Below, in pieces: positions 1 to 13,794 of a stretch of DNA of 64,000 bases (the first letter of the stretch is position 1; each line of letters starts with the position of its first letter). The translations under genes were made by a program, and so were the position numbers. The notes under the pieces are model-generated. The model saw only the letters and a program-made list of their open reading frames with translations. It searched no databases and was not told the DNA's origin. The stretch comes from Ptychomitrium polyphyllum (Eukaryota). The stretch covers positions 16,058,001 through 16,122,000 of the forward strand of contig OZ316776.1 of NCBI GenBank assembly GCA_973851085.1. Reading direction: 5' to 3'.

Positions 1-3000
1 ATTAGAATCACAGTTTTAATATTTTTTTTGTTACAGCCGATGCTAAAAATATTGTAGCCTATTTATTCTCTCTGAAATGAATTTTCAGGATCAACAGTTC
101 AATTTTCGAAAAAGTAAACTTTGTAATTTGATGAATAAATTTGTGAATAAAAAATAGTAAAAGTAATGAGAAATGAATTTTGTTTGTTTTTTAGCCATTT
201 TTCTCATTGAGAATTTTAGATATTTTTAGAGCTGCTTCTGTAGCTACCTATAACTTTGTTGGATGTACACAATAAAAAGCCACCACTTTGTCCTTTTATA
301 TTCTATGTATAACTAGTAGAACGGAATGGGACAAAATTACATCACAAAGTTTTAAAATAAATAAATAAAAATAAACATACATACATATGAAATTTCAATT
401 GCAATCTTTCTAAAGTTTACATGATCTTTTAAAGAAATATTTTAATTCTAATTCTATATAGTAAAGAATCCTTCAAACAAATTTGATTTCTACAAAATAA
501 TATAAGTTGCTACATGAATTTATGAGAAAAGTAGAAAGAGAATTGTGCAAATAATTAAACAAAAGTCTAAAATAAAATTTGTTAAAACTATTTAATAAAC
601 AAAAAAATCAAACAAAAGTTTGAAATGTAGCAATATTCTTTGCACTATATTCTTTTCATGTTCCTTTCAATAACTTAGCTCTATACTTGCAGTAAATGAC
701 TAAAATAATAATATTTCTTAGCAATAATTGAAAATGTTGGGGTCCTAAGTTGGACACATCTAAGGAATCCAAGCACCCATTCCAGATATAATGTGTGTGC
801 TGCATTCATTTTAGTTTGAGTGTTTACAATGTTCAATGGCTATTAATATTTGAGCAGACTGAAAGGGCCTAGGTACATGCCCAAGTATGAAAAAAGTCTT
901 TATTCAGACCAGTCCCTTGAGGATCAGAGTTCTTCTTCTGAGCTTTTAGAAAGCTTATTGGTTGTTGCCATTGAACCAACACCTCATCATTATCTGGCAA
1001 TGTTGTCCCCCAATCCTTTTTCTCCCACTGCAATCCAGACTAGCTTCACCTCTAATTTTTAGGTATAAGGTAAATCTTTGAAGTTGGCTCTGCAGACAGC
1101 CAGCTTCAGAACAATTTTGGAGAAATTTTTAAATAGTTTTGTCTGAGACTTATGTCTGCAGTATCAGCTGAAAGTTCAATTCTCTTTGGGCAGTGTCAAG
1201 AGGGTGTTGGATCACATTCTGGTTATGCAAGGACATGGTTGATGTGGAGAATATCAGGGGGTCAGGAGGAGGGCAGATCCAGCATGTGGGAATGGCATGT
1301 GACATCCCCTGAGAGGGGCAAATCTTACATGTGCCATCCTCAGTCTGGATTTAACAGAGTACCCTAGCTGCTACACCATCATGGCTTTCACCATAAACAG
1401 GCAGTCTGCAGATTGTGGAGTGTGAGTCAAGGAACTTCAGCACAACTCATGTTACAGTCATATGATGACCACTATAACAATAATTCTGATAGAAACAACT
1501 CTGATGCAGAGCTCAAACAAATGCTCAACCAACCAACCTGCTAATTAATCATCACCTGCACACAGCTTGGTAAAAAAATGACCAATGACCATAGAGCTTC
1601 CAGCAGTATCAAGCCTGGCTTGGAACTTACAAAGTAGGGAGATTTTCCTTCCAGGATTTAGCGTCCCTGGGCAGCTCACTCATGAGCCACTGAATTAAAA
1701 AAATCAAATTCTTGTATGTGTTACAGTCCCTGGCCAATAATCATTTCTGGATCATAGTCTCATTGTAACTGAAGGTCACAGCTGTCTTTGAAGTACTTGG
1801 AAGAGGCAGACAGGCCATTGATGGTATTGGAGCCTCGTCTCAGTTAAATCATGCCAGCTTATTAAGCAAGTCCTCAACATGTTGGGACCAATGGAGATGG
1901 TCAACAGCGCCAGCTTGAATGCAGTTGGGTACAAGACAAATGCAACAAACCCTTCATAGAAAATAAAGAAAAACAAAGAGACAGATGATTTCCATTTAAC
2001 AGCAAATAATTGCACTAGGGAAGGCCATGGACATTACTTATGCATTACCTGTAAGAGTCAATGACCTTCTTGTCAAATCCTTGTGCACATGGTTCATGTG
2101 TAGCAAAAAGGGGCTTTGCCTTTCTGTGGAGATTGTTCAGTAAGCTTAGACATGGTTGCATTACTAGAGATAACATCTGAACTACTTAGTGGTTTACTGG
2201 ATATGCCTGTTAAAGTCACAGCACAGCACTTGCAAGGGTTGTCCTTGTTCAATATATGTCAATGTGGGTGGTCTTCTTACTCTGCAGCAGCCTCTGATAG
2301 GAGGGTACAAGCTCAGCTGTTGCAGAATCACCAGCCAGAGCTGCCTTTACTTACTCAGTTATATCTTGGTTGGTTACAGATATTTGGACAAGAGATGCTG
2401 CCTAATAACTTTTGTAAAAAAGAATATGCTATTGGGTACAGTATTGATAAATAAACTCTAGCCTGATCCTTCACAATATTGCCCTCGATGTAGAAACTAG
2501 AGACCTTGAAGACTAACAAAAAGGTTGAAAAAAATTGCTGGGTCACAGAACATTGACCTCCTATTGGCCCAGACTTATATAGTTGATACAGCACATGAAG
2601 GAATTATAAGGACATATCATGAACAAATAGGTGGAGGTAACGCCTACAGCACAAGACCTTAATTTTTAACAACCTCTATATCAGAACTAAGGTCTTTGAG
2701 AGCCGTAAATGGAGAATCAGGCCCTAATATGTTGGTAATGATTTTGAAAAACCCATATCAGAATCTCTTGTTTAATCTTATAAAAGAAGGAAACTTCTGT
2801 GCATGAGACAATTCTAATAACAGCTCAATAGTGATCCAATTTGATATTGCACTAGAAGATTGAAAGGAAGATGAAAGGGTGATACCTTTCCCAAAACAAC
2901 TTGAACAACATTCCTTAAGCACACAACTATCGTACTGAAATTTGTTCTGAAATGATGCCAGCCTGAAACACTAAAGTTTTGGTGTTTAAGAGATGAGAAA

Positions 3001-3155
3001 TTAATATAGCTACTTCCACTGGCTTTGATCACACGTACGTCACTTTGCATGCTCTTCAAGTAGCAGGTATGAGTGGCCTTCACTGTTTCAACACTTGGAT
3101 GTGAAGCCAAATATTTTTGAACTTCTTCTGTTATATTGTGCACCAAGAAAACGTG

Positions 3156-5598
3156 TCAGTTATTCAGCTGCATTTTTGCCTCACGCATCTTTGTCTTCAC
3201 TCTTAAAAAGTTGGAGATGACCTGCATGTTATAACACGCATCAGTTAGACAAACAATAAGGCGAATGCAAAGAGAATATATTTGCACTACATATGACGCA
3301 ACCCATAGTGCAATTGATTACCTGACTACAAAGCACGAATGCTAATTAAGAAAACCAGAGATAAGAAACGAAAGTACTAATAATTAGTGTGATTGCTTCA
3401 AAACATTCAGACTATTTCAAAATCGACTTTGAATTGAAAGGACTAACCTGGATGGTGAATGTTTAATTAGGGATAATCACAAGAACGCCGTCCAAACCCT
3501 GCACCTTAGTTCGCATGAATCAAAATTCCTCACTGTCCGGAAAAGTTACCAAAATTTACATAGAATCCCAATGAACTCATCAATACTTACCTTGTCGTTA
3601 CCCTTGAGACAGTCTGTAACGAAAGCCTGTGTGATACACAGTGCTAATTGCTGAAATCTCAAAACGATGACAAATTTCACTAGTTGTTTAAGGATAATCG
3701 AAAAGCATAGACATGATAATCTGTGCTGAATCGTAGCTAAATTTCAGCAAGTCGAATACACTCGAATAATGACCTTAAGTTTTTCACGGACAACAAATGG
3801 CCAGCTAATGAAGAGAGCTGGGCCACCAAATATGTTTCCCACAACCTGCTGCGCAGTTAATCCCACCGCTAGACCTGATCCAGTACCCAGATCATCATGT
3901 CAAACTGAGTGATCTGGGGTGATTCGACGTGATCACTCATATATTATGTATGTTCGGAGGATCAAGTCTAATACAAATTCAACATGCAAGCGTAGCGGCT
4001 ATAGCGACAAGCACACAAAAACACAATACGTACTTCACATAGAAAGGACAAAGAATCGAATGGAATTGCATACCAGAGATTCTACCGACTGCAAGAAGTG
4101 AACGCAGTTTCAGGCCCGAGACTTAAGTGACGCATGACGCCGCTAAACCATACGTAGCGAGAGACACTAATTTGTCAACTGCGAATAGTGGACTCTGCAT
4201 AACATTGCACACAAATACTAATGCCGTTGACCCTTTCAAACACATTTTTCCGCTATCTACACTGCCAGCTTCACATAGTATAATGCTAAAAATAAGACAG
4301 CGGAAGAGCTTTAGAGGAGTCTCTGAAATAAGTAATTCTGTAGCTATAACTGCCATCACAGCAGCGACGGAAAACAATCACTAGAGATATCCATCGCAGA
4401 TCAAGTCACTGTGCTAATCCTGTGACCGCTAGAGTGACCAGATGCTCATAAGAAACAAAATATAAGAAGATAATGGTTATTGATTTTAGATGATGAAACA
4501 TGGAGGATCAAACGAACTTCGTCGAGTGGTTTCTGATTGATAAGCTCGTCAACATAAACGTGTTTCCAACGGAGTAAGAACCACGTACGTGATCATACAA
4601 ATAAGAGAAGATGCTCGGACATCATAAACTAGTGGTAATTACCGCTTGCAACTTCCGTATCTATAATGTTACCCGCAACCTGCGACATTTCCGCAGTTCA
4701 TATCATCGTCAGAACGTATGATCTCTGTACTTTTGGAACAAAATGACCAGCAACGACTTAACGTGTATATCTTAAGTCACTCTCAAATGAACAGAGGATC
4801 TACAGTCTCTTACTTGCCCATATCATTGCAAGACTTTGAATAGACACTTGAGGAGCTCGAAATGGTGATGCTTAAAAGCAGCGTTGTCAACCTTCATTCC
4901 ATTTCTCCGCATGTTCATGTACACTCTGAGTGCCAGATGTTTCCACTTCAGCATGCGAACAGGGTCAATTCAACTGCCTCGCAAAATCAGAAGACAAGAA
5001 GTATGAGGTGCACAATTCATGGAGATTATAGTCGTTCAAGTGACATAGCCGTGCAGAAAAGGGCAGAATGCATCAATCTTATGTTACATAAAGTAAAACG
5101 CAAGCAAATCCATGGTTTCGCCAAGTACCAAGGTAGCCTGTTGAAATCGATTGTACACCAACACCACATCAGAAATTCCGAACATGGATAAGTGCACCAA
5201 ATTACTCTCTCAAGATTTTAAGAGCTTCGATTGCTGCCAAACTCAAAATGCATCAAGTAATCCCTCTACAAAGCAACCCAACTTCCCAACCCTAAGACAC
5301 ACTCGAAAACAGGGGATCGTGATTAAGTATGTGCTTACAACGGCTTCACTTTTTTGAAAATCCGATTGAACGTTGACAAGTTGAAAGTCGAAGAGATCCC
5401 AATCGTCGGGTGTGCACTCGGCAAACGGTTTTTGAATCTGGCGGAGAATGAAATTGCTCACGGTATCCAAGAAGTGATCACCCACTTGACAGGTCTCCTC
5501 TGTGATCGTATCTCCAGCCTGAGCAAAACCTGGGCGACCACTCATGGGCATTTTGGTGCCAAGTCTTCTTGGCCATGATTGTTTGCTTGAGCTTGTAC
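3156..5598 (-). pseudogene. Cryptic multi-exon gene of unknown family with one internal in-frame TGA (pseudogene or truncated allele)
   Basis: Nine GT-AG-bounded exons join in one frame: 5598-5339, 5137-5088, 4925-4814, 4679-4643, 4322-4219, 4088-4074, 3845-3774, 3626-3591, 3221-3156. From the ATG at 5551 they read MPMSGRPGFAQAG...SEAV/ATLVLGETMDLLAFYFI/VYMNMRRNG...FKVLQ*YGQ/VAGNIIDTEVASE/TPLKLFRC...STAL/SVESL/VVGNIFGGPALFISWPFVVREKLK/AFVTDCLKGNDK/VISNFLRVKTKMREAKMQLNN*. The internal TGA is at 4825-4823. No family recognised. Confidence 0.6.
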
Positions 5599-8382
5599 CT
5601 GTGAAACTACGAACAGACTTCAGCAAGACCTCGAATGAGTGATCTCAACTTAATAACGCTGAACCGCAGGTTTTCTATCAAAGAAAATATTATAGGTGAA
5701 AACACAAAAACTTCATTTATCGATAGATTCTCTAATAAAAAATTGCTCAAAAGTCAGTTGCTCCCATTCTGCAGCTCGATACGATGCATGACTTATTCCA
5801 AAGTGAACTCGCAGGTCTTCAAAGGACTTGCAGTCCAGTTCAATCTCCCTCTACACTTGGCCGAAAGGGCAGTCAAAGCTTCATCACCATTCACCACCGT
5901 ACCCACTCCAGCTGCTTCAACTCTTGTCATCTCTACCGTTCTTGGCAAGCAAAACATCGTCACCGGCAGTGCCAAAACCTCCAAACTCCAAACTCATGAA
6001 AAAACGCACGAGTATCATCCTCAACAACCTTTGGTAGCTACAAGTGAATCGAGCTCAATCCATACTGCATGCGTAAGTTGGCACCTAGTTACCAACATAC
6101 AAGAAGGCTTGTGACATCTACCCAGATTACTCAGCCTAACTCCTTCCCATTCAATCTCTGAAACGCGAGTTGAGCAGTGAACGGTCATAACATCATCATC
6201 GCAAACATTGAACGTCGCAACAACCTCAACACCACAACACAAACACAACTGCTCCAACATCATAGTGCAGAAAAACTCAAGACTTTGGCCTCTTCATTCA
6301 AGCTAATCATCCATCACGTCGGAGCTTCACTAGCTTAATAGTGCAAGCTTTTCTGGTTGTAAGGATCATCATACAGTACAACGGAAGTGTGCTTGATAAG
6401 TTTTGTGGAGGATCTCAGTTGTCATGTCCCTCTTGCCGACACACGTTTCCCTGCTTTCAGGAGATTCGAACGACAGACGTCAACCTCATGTCAATCTCAC
6501 TCTCGTTCATATTGATGACCTGGAAGACCAATGGCAAGCCTCGATAGACTCCAGTAAAATTATATTACAGTGGGAAAAGTTAGAAAACTATACTGACTGG
6601 AAAAGAATGATAGGAACTTTTACTGAGTGGGAAAGAGTCTTAGAAAAGGTAAATTTTTTTATCAATCTTAGGGATTAATTAATAAGGATATTTGACAATT
6701 CTTGGGTGTGTTGTGGCATTTTAGGTGAAAAAGAATGTTTAGAGATTAAGTGGTGTTGTCAAACCTTTGAATTGGGTTCTATTTTTTGCCTTGCCTCTAA
6801 CAACCTTGAAAAGATCAAAAGGTTATTTCTTCATTTATTTTATGAAAGTTGTTTTAGGATGTGTTTTTTAGGAAATTCGTTTTGTTGATTTTAGGAAGGA
6901 AAAAAATAATTTGTGATTGAAAAATTAAAATAAAATTAAAATTGGTTTATCACAAGCCTTCTAAAACTATTATTGTATTCAAAATTGACATCATGTACCA
7001 TGTCTACACATTTCACTTCATTATTTCTATTAATGCATAAACAATAAATAAATTTGACATATTATAATAAATTGCCATTTAACACACATACAATATTACC
7101 TATGCATTCTATACATCATGTGTATGAAGTATGTAAATCCAACATATCATATCAGCTTTGAATGTAGTATCAATTTTGAATACACATTTTTTATGCTATT
7201 GAAATAATTGGAATATTTTTAGCAGATAATAAAATGAATACATTTAATAGTTTCCATATATGCATTTGACATTTGATTTATAAGCTATATACTTTTAATA
7301 GTAATTGAATGAAAATTCTAATTAATTTTTTTATATATTATTTGAATGTTTCCTTGATTAAATAATGTATTTAAAAAAATTGTATTGAAGATTACTAAAT
7401 TTGTGTTGTAATTTTGATTGATTTATGTGGTAAATTTGAAATTAACTTCTATTTAGTGTTTAATTTGTAAGAACATGGTTCTAGGTGGGTCACTGCTATT
7501 AGATGTCTTTACTTTAATAGAAGTTACTTAAAAGAACATTTTTGTACGGCTCATGTTTTTATAATTTATATAAATGAGATTATAAATTAATAGGATGTTT
7601 CCATAATGAAGTGTGTGCATTGAAGTAATGATGTTTTAGTGATATTTAAGATCTTTTTAATTTATTAACATTTCAAAAATTCATAGCATATTTATTAAAA
7701 TTATCTAGGAATTCAGAACTTAAAATTCTAAAATCAATGTTTCTAAAATTTAAAAATAACCAATAAGACAAAAAAAAATAAAAAATACTAAATACTAAAT
7801 AGATTTTATTTTTAAAAATATTTGTTATTTTCATTGAAAAAACTATAGCAAAATGCAATAAAAAAACACAATTATATTTACATATTGGAAGTTAAAATGT
7901 TTCATTACCAAGTAAATACCTAAATACAAAAGATTAATTTGCACCACATACTCCAAAAATACTTTAATTATAATTCTTGTATCATCTAATAGTTATTGTG
8001 GAATAGATTTTGTCTAAAACACAATTAATGAAACTTCCATCTTTTAAATTGAAATTCTAGTTTTTCAAACATAAAGATTAAAAATAATAGTGTAAACAAA
8101 ATGTGCAAGGCTTAGAAGAATATTGCACACAAGATTTTTATTGATCTAATCAAAATAATGATCAAAATTTGCACTGTGGCCAAATCTTTTAATTTACAAT
8201 TGGTTTTCAAAATTCAACAAACCTGCACATTTCTCTCCACCATCCTTGTTTTCTTCCACAGTAACCTTCAAACACCCTTCTATCAATCTCCAGCCACCCC
8301 CCATGTTCCCAATTTGAAATCGCAAATGAGAACATCATTAGCTAAATGTGTGTCGACGTTCTCCAGGCTCAATGCGACTCGC

Positions 8383-8808
8383 TATAAAAATTCGGAGAGA
8401 TACCCTAGCGCCACGTGCAACAACGGGTACTGCGAGCGTCAGGTGGGAACGCGGTGAGCATCGTAGGGATCTTCGGGAGCGTCGAGGGGAGGGTGAGAGC
8501 GTCGAAATTCCCATGGGGCTCATCGACGTGGTGCGGTGTTCCACGGTTTTGCACCCTCTAACGCCCTTTCACCGTGGAACCGTGGGGTTTCAGAGCACTC
8601 CACGGTGTTGCAAACGCAAAGGAGAGCGTGATTGCGGGACCTATGAACCCGCAATCTGCCCCCTATCCACGCGCTAACGTGCGCCAATCTCACACGCCCA
8701 CGTAGCATTGCAATCTTGTGCCCAAATAACGAAGCCATCACATTCCATTGCTAGCGCTGCCTAGTCGGAATCCACTGGGGTCCCATCCCATTTCATTCCG
8801 CCACGTCA
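8383..8808 (+). promoter_or_regulatory. CpG-rich upstream region of the GST_N gene with a G-box and an ACGTCA element
   Basis: CCACGTG at 8411-8417, CCACGTCA at 8801-8808 and TATAAAA near 8383, in a CpG-rich stretch next to AT-rich DNA. Function is inferred from motifs only. Confidence 0.35.
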
Positions 8809-9060
8809 CGCAAGGCTGAACTGTGGCTCTTGTGCATCGCTGCATCGCCGATGGAAGCCCACAAGGGCGCGCGCAGGTTTGCTTGCACTCGCGGAGACAG
8901 AAAAACTTCGGTGGATTGCATTGGATTGAGCATGCCCGAAGTTTTCACAATTTTTGAGCTTCACCCTCGTTTCTGTTTCCCAAAGTTTTCACAAGTTTTG
9001 AGCAATAGTCACATTTTTGTTTCTCGAAGTTTTGAGTTTTGAGCTTTGAGCACGACGAAC

Positions 9061-12000
9061 ATGGCGGGTGCGTCGTCGGTATCGTGGTTGCAGGCGGCCA
9101 ACGCGACTGCGCCGTCGCTGGTCTCTGCTCCACCGCGGAGGATGTCCACATTGAGCTGCAGGAAAGCGATGGGAGTGGCGCGGGCGGAGCAGAAGGATGC
9201 AGCGACGGAGGCTGAGGTGGAGAATCCGGCGCCCACTGCGTCTCCCGCTGCAGATTCGACTGTGAAGTCGGATTTCAAGGGCGGGCCGTTCACGGTGCGG
9301 TCTGACATGGTTGGCGCTGTGTTGGGGGGCTCGCTCAATGTGCCGTTTCGCCTCGGTTCCGGCGCGCTCGTGAAAGGGTAACAGTAGGCTACAGCTGATT
9401 GAGTCCAATGTTTGTGGGTGTTGAGTGATCCCTCTCGAGTTTATGCATGGCTTTGTATTCCTTGTCCTTGAATTTGCAGAGAGTTTCTTGTTTTTTGTTT
9501 CTTGACTTTGGTGATGTGAGTAACTACAGTTTTTGTACTGTTTTTGAGCCATGGAGGGAGATTGAGGCATATTTTTTCGTAACATGCAGGTACAAGGTGG
9601 AAAATCGTCCTGCTGCAGAAGTTGGAGACGACAGATATGCCATTCCTTTCGCAGGTATAGTTTTAATGGTCCTGACGTTTCCTGTCCATAGAGTCTTCCA
9701 ACTCCAAAAATTTTACGATTTCCTGGTTATGTTTCCTTGTACTGAGTTGGTGACCTGGATTGAGAATGCATGAAACCTGCGGAGTTCTAAATCAGATTCA
9801 ACTCTTGCATGCATTTCCTAGTGTTTCTGCATTTAAGGGATTGCTGAAGGGCTATTGGTGTTTGCCTTTATAATTGAACAGGCACTTACTCCATGTATTA
9901 ATTTATGGTTGCAATTGAGCACGGCATACTCTGTTGTACATCTAACATTTTGCTGTCTCTTAGTCCGTGTCCACCACTTAGGAACGTTACTTCGGTAGGC
10001 ATTGTCCTCATCTGGATATAAGAATGTATGGTTTGGAGGCACTGTTTATTTGATCAGGTGCATGTGTTTCGTCCCAGGTCGCAAGTTTGTGGAGGTTGCC
10101 AATCCAGGGCCAAGGCCGGAGAAACCTATTGAGATCTATGAATTTGAAGGGTATGATCACCATTTTGAGGCTGTATGATGTTGGAATGTGTCTGTCAATC
10201 ATGCCCGAGTTTGGAATTTGGAATTGTTACGTATTTTTAACAGTTTCTCTAGAAATTTCCGAGTGTGGTAATTCCACTATTTTGTATATGTTCTGATCGT
10301 ATTGGTTGAATGTGTGGATTGGTTGGATTACAATTTTGGCTGCTTCCTGCTTGATTTACTCAGTTGTCCTTTCTGCCGGAAGGTATGCACTGCTGCCCTG
10401 CAAAACCCCCATTTTCATCAAGCACCGTTCTGATTCTTTTTAGGTCAACATCTGTAGCTAAGTTGTTGGAACTAGTAATTATACATTTCTAGGGGTTACA
10501 GCTAGAAGCCTGAAGTCACGATTCCTGGTAGTAGCTGCGTTTTAGAAATTCTTCCAAGCTTGCATAAGAAAAAGTGTTAATTCATATATATCTGAACGAC
10601 GCATGGGCAGGTGAGAGAGATAGTTTCCATCTTGGACATCGATGTGCTCTTCTATCCATGCCCGAAAGATGGCCCTAACTTTCGACCAAAGGCTAATCAG
10701 ATGGGCGGAAAGAAGCAGTTCCCGTACATGGTATGAGTCCAATTCTTAAGCCGCTGGCGTGCTGCTTTATAGTGCTTTACACGTGAAGTGGAATTAGTGA
10801 TTCAGTCTCACTGCGAACTTTAATTGTTCTGAGGCAGGAATCGTTCTTTGGGAATTCAACCCTTAAAATTGAGTGAATGTTCTCAAACATAATCTTTTTA
10901 TCATGTGACTAAGCAGGGAAATAACAGAATTGCGTTAGAGGGAGTTAGATCATGAACGATTCTCACTTCAATGGAGTCCTGTATTGACTGGCAGGTCGAC
11001 CCGAATACAAATACCGCAATGTATGAATCAGACGACATCATCAAGCACTTAGTTGAGAAATACGGTGCGTAGCACAAGCGGAGCTTTGTTGCGTTCCTCT
11101 TTATGCTAAACGTTTTGAGTAAGATTTGAGTAATAGAAGAAAGTATTGTTCCAATTAAACTTGAGTTTGGAACTAAGCAGGTGTGAACATGTGCAGGTGA
11201 CGGAAAGGTCCCAGTTATGCTCAACCTTGGCGTATTGACGGTACCAACTTGACTTTTGCGCACATTTATCCACGTTTAAGTCACATCATTCAATATGAAG
11301 ACGATCACAGTCCACAATTCCTGAAGAGAATGCTTGACTTAGACAGCATCTAGCAGTCATTCGCAATTATGTGTAAATTTAAATTAGATAGGTTCAGAAG
11401 AGGTACTCAAATTAATTTGGTCGTATTTCTGTTGTGACAATTGATGAGTTTTACCTTAACTATTATTGCGATCTTCTCGGGGACGCAGACAATAACAGCT
11501 GGTCTTGCTCTAATCGGCCGTGGAGGAAAGGTGAATAATTCTCTACTGCACTTAGTGAGGCTTTGATGATCACGTTCTCATTTGCATAAAGTAACTAGGT
11601 CTGCACCTGACTGTGAGTCGTCGAAAGGAACTTCGTGGTAGTGTTTACCGGTTATGATGTCTCATTTGCAGGGCTCTACATATGTATCCTCTAGGCTTCC
11701 TGAGAAGCCTCTCGAGCTGTGGGCCTATGAGGTAGGTTATTTTAATTTTGGTTGTTATTTGTGAGTATCGCCAGGGATTTTGCATCCAATTTTCTCAAAC
11801 TATTAGTTTATTTAGGTGCCAGATTTTCCAGTGTTAGACGTTTAGATAGTGAGGGAATTGTACTTGACAGCAAGCCAGGTACTCATGGTTAAAAATTAAG
11901 TGCTTTCTGTAGACTGTCTGCATAATCTGGACAAAATAGCTTCAGGTTTTAAGTATAGTTTTTGAATATGGGCTTATATCCTATCTGACATTTTAATCTA

Positions 12001-12573
12001 ACGAGTTAGAATTGGTTGAATCTACAGTCTTCTCCATTCTGTAAGATTGCAAGGGAGGCCTTGTCAGAGCTCGAGTTGCCTCACATTTATCACAGGTGCG
12101 TACTAGACAGATTATCTCTAGCTGTACTGGACTTTACTTTTGAAGTTGCATGATTGTGTTTATGCATGCCACAATGTGGTTTTATTAGTAAATTTCTATG
12201 GCAGTTCTGTTCACATAGCCTAACCCTCTGTTGGAATCTGTGCGTACGTGGCAGTTGTGCCCGAGGAAGTGCCAAGAGAGACTTGTTGATACAAAAGACT
12301 GGCAAATTTCAGGTACATATACTGATCATCTTTGAAGTCAAGATCTGTAGTTTGTATTTGATTCTTGCCCTGTCTTGAGAAGTAAATCGCTTATGCTTGC
12401 ATTTAGTGACAGGTTTTGTAAATAACAAGAAGCTGATACGTGATTTCTGTTCTCGATTATCTTCCCTGGTATAGGTGCCGTACCTTGAGGATCCTAACAC
12501 TGGAGCCGCGATGTTCGAGAGTCATGACATTGTGGAGTATGTAAGAAAAACATATGCTCTGGCTCAAGCCTAA
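9061..12573 (+). CDS. Plastid-targeted thioredoxin-fold protein with two GST N-terminal domains (2GST_N type, At5g03880-like), 344 aa
   Basis: Twelve exons: 9061-9377, 9590-9654, 10078-10150, 10364-10382, 10611-10730, 10995-11064, 11197-11240, 11489-11530, 11672-11731, 12028-12095, 12255-12312, 12475-12573. All introns are GT-AG and the 1035 nt are in frame. Domain 1: PIEIYEFEGCPFCRKVRE...QFPYMVDPNT..MYESDDII. Domain 2: LELWAYESSPFCKIARE...QVPYLEDPNTG..MFESHDIV. The Ala/Ser-rich N-terminus resembles a transit peptide. Confidence 0.92.
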
Positions 12574-13794
12574 GAAATGTGTCCCATAGTCGACCATTTT
12601 GCATTGGAACGGACCATACAGCACTTGTATATTGTACTCGAGAGTACCTCTCCTCCCCAAATTGTATCAGTAACTTTCCTACGCCGTGTCTTATTTCACC
12701 TGCTTTGGCTGATCAGCTAGTGACAGCTGTGACTTAGAGACAATCATGTAGTGACTCTACATGGACCTCTTCTAGTTGAATTTCATGACAAGTTTTTAGC
12801 TATGTTCTCAGGGGTTCTCACATTTGTGTAGGTATGTTGTAGAGGGCTATGTACTTTGGTATTCATTTGCTTAAAATGCTCCCAAGTGAAAAATTGTCTT
12901 GTGTTTCCACAATATGTTTTAAGGAAGCATTGTGGGTGTTTCAACCGACCTGATGTGATGTTCACAAGAATTTGGTTTTTGAAAGTTACGAAATTTTATT
13001 ACAGTCTCTGGGCGTACAATTCCAGAAAAAAACGAACAAACTTTTATGGAATTTGAATTTCAGTTAAAAGTATCTCTATAGAAATCTCTCAATGTCGATC
13101 TCATCATCCCTGTGCCATTCAAGACGGTTATATTCTCAAAAGCCAGGGTATGTCAGTCACGAGCTCTTCTAAGATACCTCACATCTTTTATCACCAACAC
13201 CCCAACCCATTTCATCGATAAACTCATGTGTCAAGCAACATGCCGTCCACAAAACGGATCGGAAGCCCCAGCATGCAAAGGGTCTATCCAGTGTCCAGTA
13301 CACGTGGAGAACAGAGAAAAGGCGACAGCGTCGTTGAGGGAAAGTTGCAGACTTGTCACCTGAACTCTCAGCAATCACCTTCCACATGATGCCTAGCCTC
13401 TGATATAGCCGGCGAGGTTTTAAATGGTACATAGAATTCTACATTCTATTGAACTTGATCTCGTTGCTAACAATCGAGCCGAAAACTTTGTGTATCAGGA
13501 AGTTCGAATCTGCTTGTGTTCTGCTAGAATTAATTATTATTAGTTAGTTCACCACTGGCCTGTATAAGAGCTCAAATTCTTGTATGTAATTCTCTTGGTG
13601 TGAGATGATGGGAGGAGAATGGTGGCTTGCAATAATGATTGTAGGATGTGTGGTGATGGCTGAGGATTGATTTGACATACAAGCAATCATTTTATATTCT
13701 GAAGTAGGTCATCTCAAAATTTGCTTTGACTTTGACAGGGAGAAGCCGTCTGGTTGTGAAGCCATTTGACTTCAGCTTCGCCTTGGCATGCGCG

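Noticed and set aside
4823..4825. Selenocysteine or U-to-C editing explanation for the internal TGA
   Set aside because: Land plants lack the Sec machinery, and U-to-C editing is organellar. A nonsense mutation is simpler.
8945..9585. Antisense ORFs over GST_N exon 1 (similar ones overlap the NAC, DUF1499 and ISE2 exons)
   Set aside because: Shadow ORFs on the opposite strand of GC-rich coding exons.
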